Source: Actinomycetota bacterium
GTDB taxonomy: Bacteria > Actinomycetota > Actinomycetes > Nanopelagicales > Nanopelagicaceae
Assembly (NCBI GenBank): GCA_009699825.1
Contig: WLNM01000001.1
Coordinates: 1-39,657 of the forward strand
DNA: 39,657 nucleotides
Direction: 5' to 3'
The notes under the pieces were generated by a model. The model saw only the letters and a list, made by a program, of their open reading frames with translations. It searched no databases and was not told the DNA's origin. The first letter of the stretch is position 1, and every line of letters starts with the position of its first letter. Shown one piece after another: positions 8,546 to 17,889 of this stretch. A program made the translations under genes and the position numbers.

Positions 8546-9283
8546 GTGATTATCGGCTTAGGTACTTTAATTAATATCGCAACAATTGTTGCTGGTGCAA
8601 CCGTTGGTGTTTTGGCTGGATCTCGCTTAGCCCCAAAAACTCGTGATTTGATAACAGATATTTTGGGTTTAATCACAATACTTGCGGCTTCTAGTGCTGT
8701 TATCCCGATGTTTAGCAGTGAATTCTCTTCTTCGCTTCCAAAGGGGTGGACGTTATTGAGCATTCTGGGTTCATTACTACTCGGAGGTTTAATTGGCTCC
8801 GCATTAAAGTTAGAAGATCGCTTGGAGAAACTTGGCGAGAAACTACGTCGCAAATTTGGTGCGCATCAAGAAGGAACTTTTGTGGAAGGTTTTGTTTCTT
8901 CTTCCCTACTTTTTGTTATTGGCCCTCTTGCTATTTTAGGAAGTATTAGCGATGGCATGGGTACCGGAATTGACCAGCTTTCCTTAAAATCAATCCTCGA
9001 TTTTTTTGCAGCCATAGCCTTTGCTGCCTCTTTAGGCTGGGGAGTAGCTGCTTCAGCGATTCCAGTTGGCATATATCAAGGTATCTGGACCTTGGTTGGT
9101 TTATTTCTTGGAAACATTCTGGCGCAATATCAAGTTGACGCCATGACAATTGTCGGTGGATTGCTCCTACTGTCCATTGGATTACGCCTACTTCGTATCA
9201 AGGAAGTAGCAGTCGGAAACCTATTACCGGCTTTGGCTATTGCTCCGATTTTTGTTTATGTACTCCACACGTTTCTATCTTAG
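8546..9283 (+). CDS. DUF554 (YqgA/YdfK-like) membrane protein
   Basis: GTLINIATIVAG, FVEGFVSSSLLFVIGPLAILGSI.DG, LKSILD and VGNLLPAL motifs. Confidence 0.88.
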   Translation: MIIGLGTLINIATIVAGATVGVLAGSRLAPKTRDLITDILGLITILAASSAVIPMFSSEFSSSLPKGWTLLSILGSLLLGGLIGSALKLEDRLEKLGEKLRRKFGAHQEGTFVEGFVSSSLLFVIGPLAILGSISDGMGTGIDQLSLKSILDFFAAIAFAASLGWGVAASAIPVGIYQGIWTLVGLFLGNILAQYQVDAMTIVGGLLLLSIGLRLLRIKEVAVGNLLPALAIAPIFVYVLHTFLS

Positions 9284-10320
9284 AAAGTGCTGGCGTCGAT
9301 TACGAATCGATATTTAACATCACTGGCAACAGTGCGATCATATGCAGTGTTCGCATAATCTGCCTTGATAATTTCTACATCACTCACAATATTGTGCTTA
9401 CCGCAGAAATCGAGCATCTCTTGTAGTTCAGGCATGCCACCAATCATTGAACCAGTTAATGAGCGTCGTCCATCAAGCATTACACCAGGATTAAGTGCAT
9501 ATGGCTTACCAGGCAGACCAATAACAACAAGCGTGCCATCAAGTTTTAAACATTGTAAATATGCATTTATATCAAGCTCTGCACTTACTGTGTTTAGAAT
9601 GATATCGAATGATTTCTTTAATGTGTCCAATGCGCTTATATCTTTAGTGCTTACGAAGTGATGAGCGCCCATCTTTTTTGCGTCATTTTCTTTAGATGGT
9701 GAGTGGGACAAAACAGTAACTTCAGCGCCCATTGCAACTGCAAACTTTAGGCCCATGTGGCCTAATCCTCCGAGGCCCATAACCGCAACTTTCGTTTTTG
9801 GCCCTACATTTAAATGTTTGATCGGTGAATACAGAGTTATTCCGGCACACAAAAGGGGTGCAACACCTTCGAGTGGTAAATTTGCAGGAATGTGCACGGC
9901 GTAATCTTCATTGATAACAAAGGTATTTGAATAACCACCCCTTGTTTGATTCTTACCGTCGCGTTCCATGCTGTTGTACGTACCCGTCATTCCTTCAAGA
10001 CAGTAATTCTGTAATCCTTTTAGGCAGGTATCGCATTTACGGCACGAGTCAACAAAAACTCCTACGCCAATCAAGTTGCCTACCTTGAATTTACTTACAC
10101 CTGAACCGGTGGCAGTTACAACGCCTACGATTTCATGTCCAGGGACTAATGGATACAGAGCTGATCCCCACTCACCTCGGGCAGTATGGATATCTGAATG
10201 GCAAATACCAGTAAATTTCACATCGAGAGCAACATCGTGTGCTCCAATTTCGCGGCGATCAAATTCGAATGTTTTTAGGGGAGATGTTGCGTTATCGACT
10301 GCTAGGCCACGAGATTTCAT
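9280..10320 (-). CDS. Zn-dependent NAD(P) alcohol dehydrogenase (AdhC/YahK/CAD family)
   Basis: GICHSD, PGHEIVG, four-Cys structural zinc site, APLLCAGIT, GLGGLGH and YRFVID motifs. Start at the ATG at 10320 after an AAGGA SD. Confidence 0.92.
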   Translation of the reverse strand: MKSRGLAVDNATSPLKTFEFDRREIGAHDVALDVKFTGICHSDIHTARGEWGSALYPLVPGHEIVGVVTATGSGVSKFKVGNLIGVGVFVDSCRKCDTCLKGLQNYCLEGMTGTYNSMERDGKNQTRGGYSNTFVINEDYAVHIPANLPLEGVAPLLCAGITLYSPIKHLNVGPKTKVAVMGLGGLGHMGLKFAVAMGAEVTVLSHSPSKENDAKKMGAHHFVSTKDISALDTLKKSFDIILNTVSAELDINAYLQCLKLDGTLVVIGLPGKPYALNPGVMLDGRRSLTGSMIGGMPELQEMLDFCGKHNIVSDVEIIKADYANTAYDRTVASDVKYRFVIDASTF

Positions 10321-10336
10321 ATTTATCCTTTGCTGG

Positions 10337-10978
10337 TTATGTGAATGGAAGTGGTTCTGTTGATACATGCGCAGCTCTTGATGAGCGGGCAGTTACTTCG
10401 CGCATATGATGTCTGCGACACAAAACTTCATATGCAATTTCTTGATCGGGAGCAACATCTCCTACAACGACTTGCTCTCCTTGGGTCACCATTGTGCCAC
10501 CGACGGTTCTGGCATTGTGTGTAGCACGCGAGCCACACCAACATAGTGCTTCAACTTGAAGCGTATTTACGCGGTCTGCAAGTTCAACTAAACGGGCAGA
10601 ACCTGGGAAAAGTTTTGTCCTAAAATCCGAAAGAATACCGAATGCATAGACATCGATACCTAGTCCATCAACTATTTTGGCTAATTCTTCGATCTGTTTT
10701 GGTTGATAGAATTGCGCTTCATCACAAATTATGTAATCGATACGTGAACCTTGCGATAAATTATCTACAACGTATTTGTGCAAATCCATTTCACTTGAAA
10801 CTTCAATTGCGGGGCTTTGTAATCCTAAACGTGATGAAATGACACCTGATCCAGCTCGATCCTGTGAGGTAAAAATCAAACCTGTACGACCTCTGCTTTG
10901 ATGGTTGTGCGCCGTCTGAAGTGCAAGCGTGGATTTGCCACTATCCATTGTTCCGCAGTAGTAAACGAGTTCGGGCAC
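10337..10978 (-). CDS. tdk: Thymidine kinase
   Basis: GTMDSGKST, ICDEAQF, FGILSDFRTKLFPGS, LCWCG and YEVLCRRH motifs. Confidence 0.93.
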   Translation of the reverse strand: MPELVYYCGTMDSGKSTLALQTAHNHQSRGRTGLIFTSQDRAGSGVISSRLGLQSPAIEVSSEMDLHKYVVDNLSQGSRIDYIICDEAQFYQPKQIEELAKIVDGLGIDVYAFGILSDFRTKLFPGSARLVELADRVNTLQVEALCWCGSRATHNARTVGGTMVTQGEQVVVGDVAPDQEIAYEVLCRRHHMREVTARSSRAAHVSTEPLPFT

Positions 10979-11032
10979 GGGTTCATCTTGCCATTATTTG
11001 GGAATATTTGCAGGTTTAGATCGAAATCAAAA

Positions 11033-12913
11033 CTATAGATTTACACCATCATCCCGCAAAGCTTGAGTTAAGAGGGGTATCAAAGAGATGGCAATGTCCA
11101 TTGAAATATGCGAAGCATCTCGATATACAACTACTCCGTCCTTGACCGCGGTGCACACGTCCGAACATAACCAAGAATTTGGATCGATTACTGTGAAGCC
11201 AGGTATGGAAAGGTCTTCGCTGCGCATAGTTGTGTTGCACATTGATATCGGATTACTGGCCAAACATGCTGGAATATCTCGTGCTGGGTGCGGTGTGTCT
11301 GTTATGTAAATCAGATGCCGAGAAGAATCCTTCACATCATTGAGTAATTTGCGCTGACCGTCATTCCACCACACAAGGCGATTTTTAAACGCTGGTGGCT
11401 GACCGAAATATTGAAAACTGCTCATGATCAAAATATCTGGCTTAATTTTTTGAATTCGTTTGATTGAATTATCTCGCCATTTTGCACAGCGTGACATTTT
11501 AAATGCACCTTGGTCTAGTCGTATGACATCCACGGATGAACACGCTGATTTTGTTAAGGAAATCAACTTGTATCCGGAACGAGAAGCAATTTCGACGAGA
11601 GCAGGAAACCACTGAGCCGCATGAGAATCGCCGTATAGAACCATCGTTTTGGATGAATTTATATCTGCGTATTCACACTTACCTGAAACAGAATCTGCAT
11701 ATGTAGCATGGCAACCATCTTTGTAGATTATCGGAAGAGCCTTTATTTCAGCCAGAGATACTGAACCTTTAACTCCAGAAATATCAAATTTGTCGCTTGT
11801 AGTAAGTGAAATTGCTGTGCCGAGGAGGACTGAAACTATGGTCAGAATAGCTGCTCTCTTATAAATCCATGATGGGGCAGCTGAATATCTACGCATTGGA
11901 TCTTCGACATATCTGTGCGTGAGATCTGCTAAAACTATAGTGAATAAGATTGCAATTATTCGTTCATAGATAGCAAGGGGACGAGCAAGGTATGTACTCG
12001 GTAAGACAAGCAATGGCCAATGCCACAGATAGAGTGGATAAGAGATATTACCGAGCCATTGGAAAAGACGACTATTAGCGACATCATCTAGAAATGGTGG
12101 CCATGAGTTAATGGAAGCTATAAGTAAAAAAGTACCCAAAACTGGCAAGACTGCCTTTATCCCAGGAAATGCAGTTGTTTCATTGTAAAGAAACGCGCTT
12201 ATCAAAATTAGAGTAAAGCCAACTAAACCGACCAATTTCTTGGTTTTAAATGCCGGGACCAGTACTAAGAGCGCACCAAGCCCTAATTCCCACGCCCGAG
12301 TGGGTAATGAATAAAACGCCCAAATAGGTGAAGTTTCAGTTTGATATAGGGAAAAAATAAATGATAGCAACGAAAAAGTGGCAACCAAAAAAGTTATAAC
12401 ACTTCTCTTTTTGACTCTCTTTGCAATTGAGAAAAAAATGAGAATCAGTAATGGCCAGAGCAAGTAAAACTGTTCTTCAACGGCTAGTGACCAGTAGTGG
12501 ATTACAGGGGATGGGGTTGCGTCCAAATTTTGATAATCAGCCTGCCACCAAGCAAAAAGGTAATTTGAAATGTATAAACTCGCGGCAATAATGTCGCGGC
12601 CCAGCGAAGATCTCATAGTTGCAGGTATTAGCAGCCAAGAGACGATTGCAGTGACCGCTAAAATAAAGAATGAAGTTGGCAGTAAACGTTTGAATCGACG
12701 AGAATAAAACTGCTTGAAATTTATCGTTCCTGTTCGGTCGATCTCTCGAACAAGAAGCCCCGTGATCAAAAAACCACTGATCACATAGAAAATATCTACC
12801 CCGATAAATCCGCCGCTTACCCATTTAGCGTGAAATAGGGTTACCAATATGGCGGCAAGGGCTCTTAGCCCTTGAATTTGGGAGATTTTTGGTGTTGAGA
12901 ATTTGGCGCTCAT
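11033..12913 (-). CDS. Acyltransferase-3 fused to an SGNH domain (OatA/OafA-like O-acetyltransferase)
   Basis: IQGLRALA, GVDIFYVISGFLI, RRFKRLLP, HYWSLAVEEQFY and SYPLYLWHWP motifs. C-terminal GDSHA and DASH catalytic motifs. Confidence 0.92.
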   Translation of the reverse strand: MSAKFSTPKISQIQGLRALAAILVTLFHAKWVSGGFIGVDIFYVISGFLITGLLVREIDRTGTINFKQFYSRRFKRLLPTSFFILAVTAIVSWLLIPATMRSSLGRDIIAASLYISNYLFAWWQADYQNLDATPSPVIHYWSLAVEEQFYLLWPLLILIFFSIAKRVKKRSVITFLVATFSLLSFIFSLYQTETSPIWAFYSLPTRAWELGLGALLVLVPAFKTKKLVGLVGFTLILISAFLYNETTAFPGIKAVLPVLGTFLLIASINSWPPFLDDVANSRLFQWLGNISYPLYLWHWPLLVLPSTYLARPLAIYERIIAILFTIVLADLTHRYVEDPMRRYSAAPSWIYKRAAILTIVSVLLGTAISLTTSDKFDISGVKGSVSLAEIKALPIIYKDGCHATYADSVSGKCEYADINSSKTMVLYGDSHAAQWFPALVEIASRSGYKLISLTKSACSSVDVIRLDQGAFKMSRCAKWRDNSIKRIQKIKPDILIMSSFQYFGQPPAFKNRLVWWNDGQRKLLNDVKDSSRHLIYITDTPHPARDIPACLASNPISMCNTTMRSEDLSIPGFTVIDPNSWLCSDVCTAVKDGVVVYRDASHISMDIAISLIPLLTQALRDDGVNL

Positions 12914-13437
12914 ACTATGTGCAAGGAATCTAGTTTAATTTCGGGAAATTCTTGGGCAATTTTTATCCGGCCCTTCAAAGCAGCTATTTCCAATAAGAAA
13001 AAAATATGAGTTACATCAGAACCGGTTTTTTGAATCAAACGAATTGCCGCACACGCAGTACCTCCGGTGGCAAGAACGTCATCGACGATCAGCACTCTAG
13101 ATCCCGATGGGCAAGCATCTGCGTGTATTTCAAGAGTATCTATTCCGTATTCCAACCCATAATTTTCTGAGTATATATCTGATGGTAATTTTCCTGATTT
13201 GCGTATCGGAATAAATCCACGAGACGCATAGTTTGCGATTGCCGATGCAAAAATAAATCCACGGGCTTCCATCCCTGCAACGTAGTCAAAGGTTGAATTT
13301 TCTGGAGACATTTGTTTAATGATTAGTGCGAAGGCTTCACCGTTGGCGAGCAAAGGAGTGATGTCCTGGAATGTGATTCCGGGTTTAGGGAAATCCGGAA
13401 TTTCACGGATTAATCCCAATGCCTTTTCAATATTCAC
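12910..13437 (-). CDS. apt: Adenine phosphoribosyltransferase
   Basis: IPDFPKPGI.FQDIT, EARGF, RKSGKLP, LEYG and VDDVLATGGT motifs. Confidence 0.95.
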   Translation of the reverse strand: MNIEKALGLIREIPDFPKPGITFQDITPLLANGEAFALIIKQMSPENSTFDYVAGMEARGFIFASAIANYASRGFIPIRKSGKLPSDIYSENYGLEYGIDTLEIHADACPSGSRVLIVDDVLATGGTACAAIRLIQKTGSDVTHIFFLLEIAALKGRIKIAQEFPEIKLDSLHIV

Positions 13438-13461
13438 AATGCTGATAGTTTCATATTTTTG

Positions 13462-13545
13462 TGTCCGAGAGGGGACTTGAACCCCTAAGCCCTTGCGGGC
13501 ACTAACACCTCAAGCTAGCGCGTCTGCCAATTCCGCCACCCGGAC
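13462..13545 (-). tRNA. tRNA-Leu (anticodon GAG)
   Basis: Reverse complement GTCCGGGTGGCGGAATTGGCAGACGCGCTAGCTTGAGGTGTTAGTGCCCGCAAGGGCTTAGGGGTTCAAGTCCCCTCTCGGACA folds as a cloverleaf with a long variable arm. CCA is not encoded. Confidence 0.97.
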
Positions 13546-13616
13546 GAGTGTGAGTAGAACGATAGCAATGCCTGTAAAGGTAAGCAAAAGCCCCCTTTCT
13601 AAGGGAGAATGTGACT

Positions 13617-14945
13617 ATGACTTCGTTGCAATTAAGTGAACTGGATCGCAAAGAGTTGCATACGGAAGTAATTTCAATATGCCAAAGGCTTATCAGGATT
13701 CCCAGCGTTAATTACGGCGACGGTAAAGGTGATGAATCTGCCATCGCATCTACAGTTGTGGAATTACTTGCCGAAGTTGGCATAGCTTCGAAGATTTACG
13801 AATCAGCACCGGGTCGATGCAATGTAATTGCAACGATCGAAGGTCTTGATGCGAAGAGGCCAGGATTAGTTCTGCATGGGCATCTAGATGTTGTTCCAGC
13901 CAACGCGCAAGATTGGAGTGTTGAACCATTTGCTGCAGAAATTAGAGACGGAATGATTTGGGGACGCGGCGCTGTCGACATGAAAAATACAGATGCGATG
14001 ATTATTGCGATTTTTCGTATGTGGGCTAGAAAAGGAATTAAACCGCCCAGAAATATAGTCTTAGCTTTTTTTGCTGATGAAGAAGCTGGTTCTCTTTTTG
14101 GATCTCGATGGATGGTCGCAAATCATCCAGAGGTTTTCAGTGGATGTTCAGAGGCGATATCCGAGGTCGGAGGATTTTCCGTCACGGTTGCGGATAACAA
14201 ACGTCTGTATTTCATTGAAGCTGCTCAAAAAGGTATTCACTGGATGAGATTGAGTGCAGATGGTCGAGCCGGCCATGGATCAATGATGAATTCAGAAAAT
14301 GCATTAACACGATTGAGTGAAGCTGTTTCCGCTGTTGGAAATTATGAGTGGCCACAAAAATACACAAAAACAGTGAAAATTCTTTTCAAAAAAATTGCAG
14401 AAGTTACTGGTAAAAAATACGACGAGAAAGATTTACGGCCACTCTTACAGGAGTTGGGTCCGATGGTACGAATGATTGGTGCAACACTGCAAAATACTGC
14501 TAACCCAACAATGTTAGATGCTGGTTATAAAGCAAATGTCATTCCACAATCTGCTAGTGCTGTTATTGATGGCCGTTTCCTTCCTGGAATGGAAGATGAA
14601 CTCAATGAAACTATCAAAAAAATTGTTGGACCAGATATCAAGATTGAAACGATTACTCATGATATTGCTTTAGAAGTTGATTTCGAAGGCGAAATAGTAG
14701 ATGCCATGACGAATGCGATTCTTGCCTTTGATCCTGAAGGAATTCCTGTTCCTTATTTGATGAGTGGTGGCACGGATAACAAAGCGCTGAGTGAACTAGG
14801 AATAGTTGGATATGGTTTTTCTCCCTTGAAATTGCCAGCAGATTTGGATTTTATGGCGTTATTTCATGGTGTAGATGAGAGAGTGCCGATTGATAGTTTG
14901 AAATTTGGAACTGATGTTTTGGAGAATTTTTTAAGAAATTCTTGA
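13617..14945 (+). CDS. M20/M25/M40 family metallo-hydrolase
   Basis: HGHLDVVP, WGRGAVDMK, ADEEAG, GGTD and FHGVDER motifs. Start may be 13611 or 13617. Confidence 0.9.
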   Translation: MTSLQLSELDRKELHTEVISICQRLIRIPSVNYGDGKGDESAIASTVVELLAEVGIASKIYESAPGRCNVIATIEGLDAKRPGLVLHGHLDVVPANAQDWSVEPFAAEIRDGMIWGRGAVDMKNTDAMIIAIFRMWARKGIKPPRNIVLAFFADEEAGSLFGSRWMVANHPEVFSGCSEAISEVGGFSVTVADNKRLYFIEAAQKGIHWMRLSADGRAGHGSMMNSENALTRLSEAVSAVGNYEWPQKYTKTVKILFKKIAEVTGKKYDEKDLRPLLQELGPMVRMIGATLQNTANPTMLDAGYKANVIPQSASAVIDGRFLPGMEDELNETIKKIVGPDIKIETITHDIALEVDFEGEIVDAMTNAILAFDPEGIPVPYLMSGGTDNKALSELGIVGYGFSPLKLPADLDFMALFHGVDERVPIDSLKFGTDVLENFLRNS

Positions 14946-15881
14946 TACTTGATTTAATGCGCTGCGAACTACATCTGGCAAAACAACCTCTTCACTTGAT
15001 AGAGCGCCTCTTAATTGGGCTCCTGTACGAGCGCCAAGAATTACGCTCGTTACTGCTGGAGCATCTCTAACCCAGGCAAGTGCTACTTCCAGAGGTGAAT
15101 AACCTAAACCATCAGCCGCCACACAAACAGCTTCAACGATTTGAGTTTGTTTATCGGATAGATAAGGCTCTACAAAAGAAGAAAAATGTGGGGTTGCCGC
15201 CCGTGAGTCACTAGGTATTCCTCTTCTATATTTACCTGTTAGAACTCCACGACCCAATGGTGACCACGCAAGTAATCCAATATCCAAACTGCTGACTGCA
15301 TCTATTAGATCTTCCTCAATTTTACGATTTAGTAAAGAATATTCATTTTGAATTGTCGTGATCGGAGCTTTGTTCGCTATAACTTCCTGTCTTGTAATTG
15401 CGCGAGCACTTTGCCACCCTGAAAAATTCGAAATTCCGACGTATCTTGCTTTGCCACTTGCGTAGGCATAATCAAGTGCGGACAAGGTGTCATCCAATGG
15501 ATTCTTCGGATCCCATGTGTGCACCTGCCATAAATCCAAGTGATCAGTATTTAACCGTTGCAAAGAATTTTCTAATTGCGCAATGAGAGCAGACCGTGAA
15601 TTATCAACAGTACGAACACCATCTGGAAAACTCAGACCAGCTTTAGAAGCAATAACTACATCATTGCGATCAAAGAGAGTTCCTATCAATCCACCTATTA
15701 CTCGCTCACTATCACCATCGCCATATACGGCAGCAGTGTCCAGAAAATTTCCACCAGCATCAAGAAAAGCACGACATTGATCTGCAGCTTCATGCTCATC
15801 AGTATCCCTGCCCCATGTCATGGTTCCGAGGCCGATTCTAGAAAGCATCAGTCCACTTTTACCCGCGCGCCTTAATTGCAT
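14931..15881 (-). CDS. Aldo/keto reductase
   Basis: GLGTMTWG, DTAAVYG.G.SE, DLWQVH, YVGISNF and WSPLGRGVLTGKY motifs. Confidence 0.92.
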   Translation of the reverse strand: MQLRRAGKSGLMLSRIGLGTMTWGRDTDEHEAADQCRAFLDAGGNFLDTAAVYGDGDSERVIGGLIGTLFDRNDVVIASKAGLSFPDGVRTVDNSRSALIAQLENSLQRLNTDHLDLWQVHTWDPKNPLDDTLSALDYAYASGKARYVGISNFSGWQSARAITRQEVIANKAPITTIQNEYSLLNRKIEEDLIDAVSSLDIGLLAWSPLGRGVLTGKYRRGIPSDSRAATPHFSSFVEPYLSDKQTQIVEAVCVAADGLGYSPLEVALAWVRDAPAVTSVILGARTGAQLRGALSSEEVVLPDVVRSALNQVSRIS

Positions 15882-15930
15882 GGTGAGACCTTAGCAAGTG
15901 TGTATTCCTAAATCCCGATAACCTTGCTCT

Positions 15931-16605
15931 GTGACCACAGTGATTTTGATCCGCCACGCCCATTCGATTGCCAATGAAAAGGGACTTCTGGCTGGCCGTT
16001 CTCAGGGTATAACTTTGAGTAAATCAGGAACGCGCCAAGCCGTTGAATTGAAAAAGCGTTTAGGTAATTTGAAATTTGGGCAAATTCGAATCAGTCCACT
16101 TGAGCGGTGTTTTGCAACAATAGAGCCATGGTTGATAGCCACTGCTGTGTCTGAGGACGCAGTAATTGTGGATCAAGGTTTCACAGAAGTTGATTATGGA
16201 GATTGGACAGGCAAGAAATTGATGGTTCTGTCGCTAAAAAAAGAGTGGCGCATTGTTCAAAAAACTCCCAGTCAAATGATCTTCCCTAATGGGGAAGGTT
16301 TACTTGAAGTTCAAGCCAGAGCAAAAAAATCATTACTGGAGTCTATAAAGAAGGCGGGAAATGGTTTAGTTTTAGTCGTAAGTCATGGCGACGTAATTAA
16401 GAGTCTAATTGCAACAGCCTTGGATCTTGATTTAGATAAGTTTCAGAAGATAGTTATAGATCCGGCGTCTATATCTGTTTTGGATTACAGCAAAGGAAAT
16501 TTCCGCCTCCTTCATCTAAATGATTCAACTTCGAATTTTGAACATCTGGCTAAAAGCAAACGATCAAGTAAGACCCAAGTTGGTGGGGGAGCAGGTCGCA
16601 AATGA
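15931..16605 (+). CDS. Histidine phosphatase family protein (MSMEG_4193-like)
   Basis: LIRHA, SPLERC, EVDYGDWTG, FPNGE and VSHGDVIK motifs, in the conserved context upstream of DUF3090. Confidence 0.88.
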   Translation: MTTVILIRHAHSIANEKGLLAGRSQGITLSKSGTRQAVELKKRLGNLKFGQIRISPLERCFATIEPWLIATAVSEDAVIVDQGFTEVDYGDWTGKKLMVLSLKKEWRIVQKTPSQMIFPNGEGLLEVQARAKKSLLESIKKAGNGLVLVVSHGDVIKSLIATALDLDLDKFQKIVIDPASISVLDYSKGNFRLLHLNDSTSNFEHLAKSKRSSKTQVGGGAGRK

Positions 16606-17153
16606 CACCAATAATCTATGAATTTAATCCTGTTGAACGTTTTGTGGCGGGAACGGTTGGTTCTCCTGGGGAACGAACCTTCTTCATCCAAGCTCGTACA
16701 GGATCACGCATTGTTTCGGTTGTAGTAGATAAGTCTCAAGTAATTGCTTTAGGCGAACGTACTAAAATCATGTTACGTGAAATCAAGAAAACCGATTCAG
16801 CGATAGTTATAAAGAGTACTGAAATTGACGATGCACCATTAGAACAACCTATTTTCGAAGAGTTCCGTGCGGGAATCATTGCAATGGCTTGGGATTCCGA
16901 GAATTCCGTTCTTATTTACGAACTGCGTGAGATGACAGGTTCGGATGATAATTCCCAGGACGATGTAATTTTCGAAGAAGGCGATCTTTCTGCAGATCTT
17001 CTTCGTGTGCATGTATCGCCAACGCAAGCTGCCGCTTTTTCTAAACGTTGTATTTCCTTAGCAAGTGCGGGTCGTATGCCATGTCCATTCTGTGGCAGTC
17101 CAATAGATCCAACGGGTCATCTGTGTCCACGTTCAAATGGTTACCGTAGATGA
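16602..17153 (+). CDS. DUF3090 family protein
   Basis: ERFVAGTVG.PGERTFFIQA N-terminus and a C-terminal GR.PCPFCG.PIDP.GHLCPR.NG putative zinc site. Confidence 0.9.
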   Translation: MTPIIYEFNPVERFVAGTVGSPGERTFFIQARTGSRIVSVVVDKSQVIALGERTKIMLREIKKTDSAIVIKSTEIDDAPLEQPIFEEFRAGIIAMAWDSENSVLIYELREMTGSDDNSQDDVIFEEGDLSADLLRVHVSPTQAAAFSKRCISLASAGRMPCPFCGSPIDPTGHLCPRSNGYRR

Positions 17154-17854
17154 CTTCTTCCGAAGAAATATTGCGAAATGGACAACTAATTGTTTCGGGG
17201 AGACTTGTTGATGCATCCAATGCAACGTTATTGGCTGCTTGTAAACTTGGAGAAGAATCGATCAAATGTATTTATAAACCTATTGCGGGGGAACGTCCTT
17301 TATGGGATTTTCCGGATGGAAATTTAGCTTCACGTGAGTTTGCGGCATACCTGATAAGTGAGTTTATGGAATTACATATAGTGCCCATGACAATGCTCCG
17401 TGATGGACCGTTTGGATCTGGGATGGTTCAAGAGTGGATAGAAATTGATTTTGAAATTGATTTAGCAAACTTTTTTAGTCAAGATGACCCACAACTAAGA
17501 CAGATGGCTCTGTTTGATGCTGTTATTAATAATACAGATCGCAAAATTGGGCATTTATTGCCTCGTAGCGATGGAAAACTTTTTGGTTGTGATCACGGTG
17601 TTACATTTCACAAGGAGGACAAATTACGCACAGTTTTATGGCAATGGGCTGATGAGATATTTAGTGATAAAGAGTTAGAAGCATTGAACAATCTTTTACA
17701 TGTATTGCAATCGAAACCAGGGGAAATTCTTAAATCATTAATAACGGTGGAGGAATTTAGTGCTTTACGTTTGAGGATTGAAAACTTACTCGTATCTGGA
17801 AAGTTTCCTACACCAAGTGCCGATTGGCCCGCTATCCCTTGGCCCGCGTTCTAA
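17150..17854 (+). CDS. SCO1664 family protein (PI3/PI4-kinase-like fold)
   Basis: YKPIAGERPLWDFPDG.LA.RE.AAY, FDAVINNTDRK.GH, DHG and C-terminal WPAIPWP motifs. Confidence 0.9.
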   Translation: MTSSEEILRNGQLIVSGRLVDASNATLLAACKLGEESIKCIYKPIAGERPLWDFPDGNLASREFAAYLISEFMELHIVPMTMLRDGPFGSGMVQEWIEIDFEIDLANFFSQDDPQLRQMALFDAVINNTDRKIGHLLPRSDGKLFGCDHGVTFHKEDKLRTVLWQWADEIFSDKELEALNNLLHVLQSKPGEILKSLITVEEFSALRLRIENLLVSGKFPTPSADWPAIPWPAF

Positions 17855-17889
17855 AACCGTTATAAAGATAGATGCATTAGTATGGGCAC

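Noticed and set aside
8503-8853. 117-aa N-terminal extension of the 7819..8853 ORF
   Set aside because: It is antisense to the real DUF554 gene. A -10 box plus ATG at 8502 gives a normal-length YczE-like protein.
11033-13545. Genomic island integrated at tRNA-Leu
   Set aside because: No integrase, no duplicated tRNA 3' end seen, and the adjacent gene is housekeeping apt.
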